Source of the DNA: Patescibacteria group bacterium
Lineage (GTDB): Bacteria > Patescibacteriota > Minisyncoccia > Phycocordibacterales > JACOZG01
Assembly: GCA_034658935.1 (NCBI GenBank)
Contig: JAYEGE010000008.1
Coordinates: forward strand, 3,400-67,399
Length of the DNA: 64,000 nucleotides
Direction: 5' to 3'
The notes under the pieces are model-generated. The model made no database searches and was not told the origin of the DNA. It saw only the letters and a list, made by a program, of their open reading frames with translations. Within the stretch, counting starts at the first letter, position 1, and the number at the start of each line of letters is the position of its first letter. Positions 63,540-64,000 of this stretch are shown in pieces. The position numbers were made by a program, and so were the translations under genes.

Positions 63540-64000
63540 CATGTTTCTGAATATCCTGTTGGGTGTGTTGTTGTTCTCGGCAAGTGTAATCGTACTCATC
63601 GGGGTGCTCTGGGTTTCTGCCCTGCACAAGATCCATGCTTCATTCGTGGCGCACGGGACGATTGAATTGGTGATGGCCGGCGAGACCCTCTTCAAGGTTC
63701 TCGCCAACGTGCCGGGTTATTACTATGACCCGATTACAAAGAGAATGAGAAAACTAGCGGTAGGCGAAGAAGACCCAAATGAGGGCAAGATTGCTAGTTA
63801 CTTGCGTAGAAGGTGGGGTTTTTTCTGGGTAAGTATCCTGTATCCAATGCGCCAAGTCCATCGTTTTGTCCTGGCATCCCCAGACAAACTGGAAAGTCAG
63901 GGGCGTCAGGTGGAGACTGGAGTTGCGGCCCCCGGTGAAGTGCGGAAGCGGCTGTTGGCTCAACCCAATAGGCTTACAGAGTTCTTGCTCTGGCAGATCC
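63540..64000 (+). CDS. hypothetical membrane protein, 3' end outside window
   Basis: ATG at 63540 opens a frame (MFLNILLGVLLFSASVIVLIGVLWV...) that runs to the window end without a stop. It is absent from the ORF track for that reason. Confidence 0.35.

Noticed and set aside
1-64000. CRISPR arrays, rRNA genes, prophage structural genes, integrase genes
   Set aside because: I scanned for short direct repeats with regular spacing, for rRNA-like conserved blocks and for tyrosine/serine recombinase motifs. I found none. The only regular repeats are the 101-bp tandem at tRNA-Arg and the IS-element palindromes.

Overview
This 64 kb window looks like part of a small, streamlined bacterial genome, roughly mid-40s % GC with several GC-rich islands. 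The gene content suggests a Candidate-Phyla-Radiation/Patescibacteria-like organism; that is an inference only.

Core genes are dense and mostly recognisable: the secA 3' end, murB, gatB, an RRM protein, PGI/PMI, a ROK kinase, rnpB, murJ, lepA, valS, tsaD, nrnA-like, murA, trxB, ftsZ, ftsA, ybeY, bS21, hisS, lepB, folD, pth, rpsA and gyrA. There are six tRNAs.

Between the housekeeping blocks sit several accessory features:

1. A decayed diversity-generating retroelement (DGR) at 8.0-10.4 kb: an Avd-like gene, a DGR-type reverse transcriptase with an in-frame TAA stop, an N-terminal deletion and a frameshift, plus a 117-bp perfect direct repeat that ties a GC-rich orphan ORF to the cassette.
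2. Three roughly 755-795 bp mini insertion elements of the IS200/IS605 type. Each encodes a single HUH/Y1 (RAYT-like) transposase of about 230 aa and is bounded by its own perfect palindrome. Solitary copies of one palindrome occur elsewhere.
3. A tRNA-rich hotspot at 20.2-24.4 kb. It holds a 101-bp tandem repeat fused to the 5' end of tRNA-Arg, a degenerate tRNA-Phe-like copy split by small hairpins, a recurring cccgac/gtcggg hairpin family, a GIY-YIG gene and GC-rich orphan ORFs.
4. A 6.8 kb locus at 28.4-35.1 kb encoding a SipW-type signal peptidase and three or four large secreted proteins. These carry SipW-cognate (TasA/camelysin-like) N-termini, a lamin-tail domain and tandem CTITNDD Ig-like repeats, which suggests a TasA-like fibre or surface system.
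5. In-frame palindromic DNA insertions inside tsaD.
6. A GC-rich 470-aa orphan ORF next to tRNA-Val.
7. A tandem array of five VirB2/TrbC-like small pilin paralogs plus a 5' fragment at 59.9-62.0 kb.

No CRISPR array and no rRNA were found.
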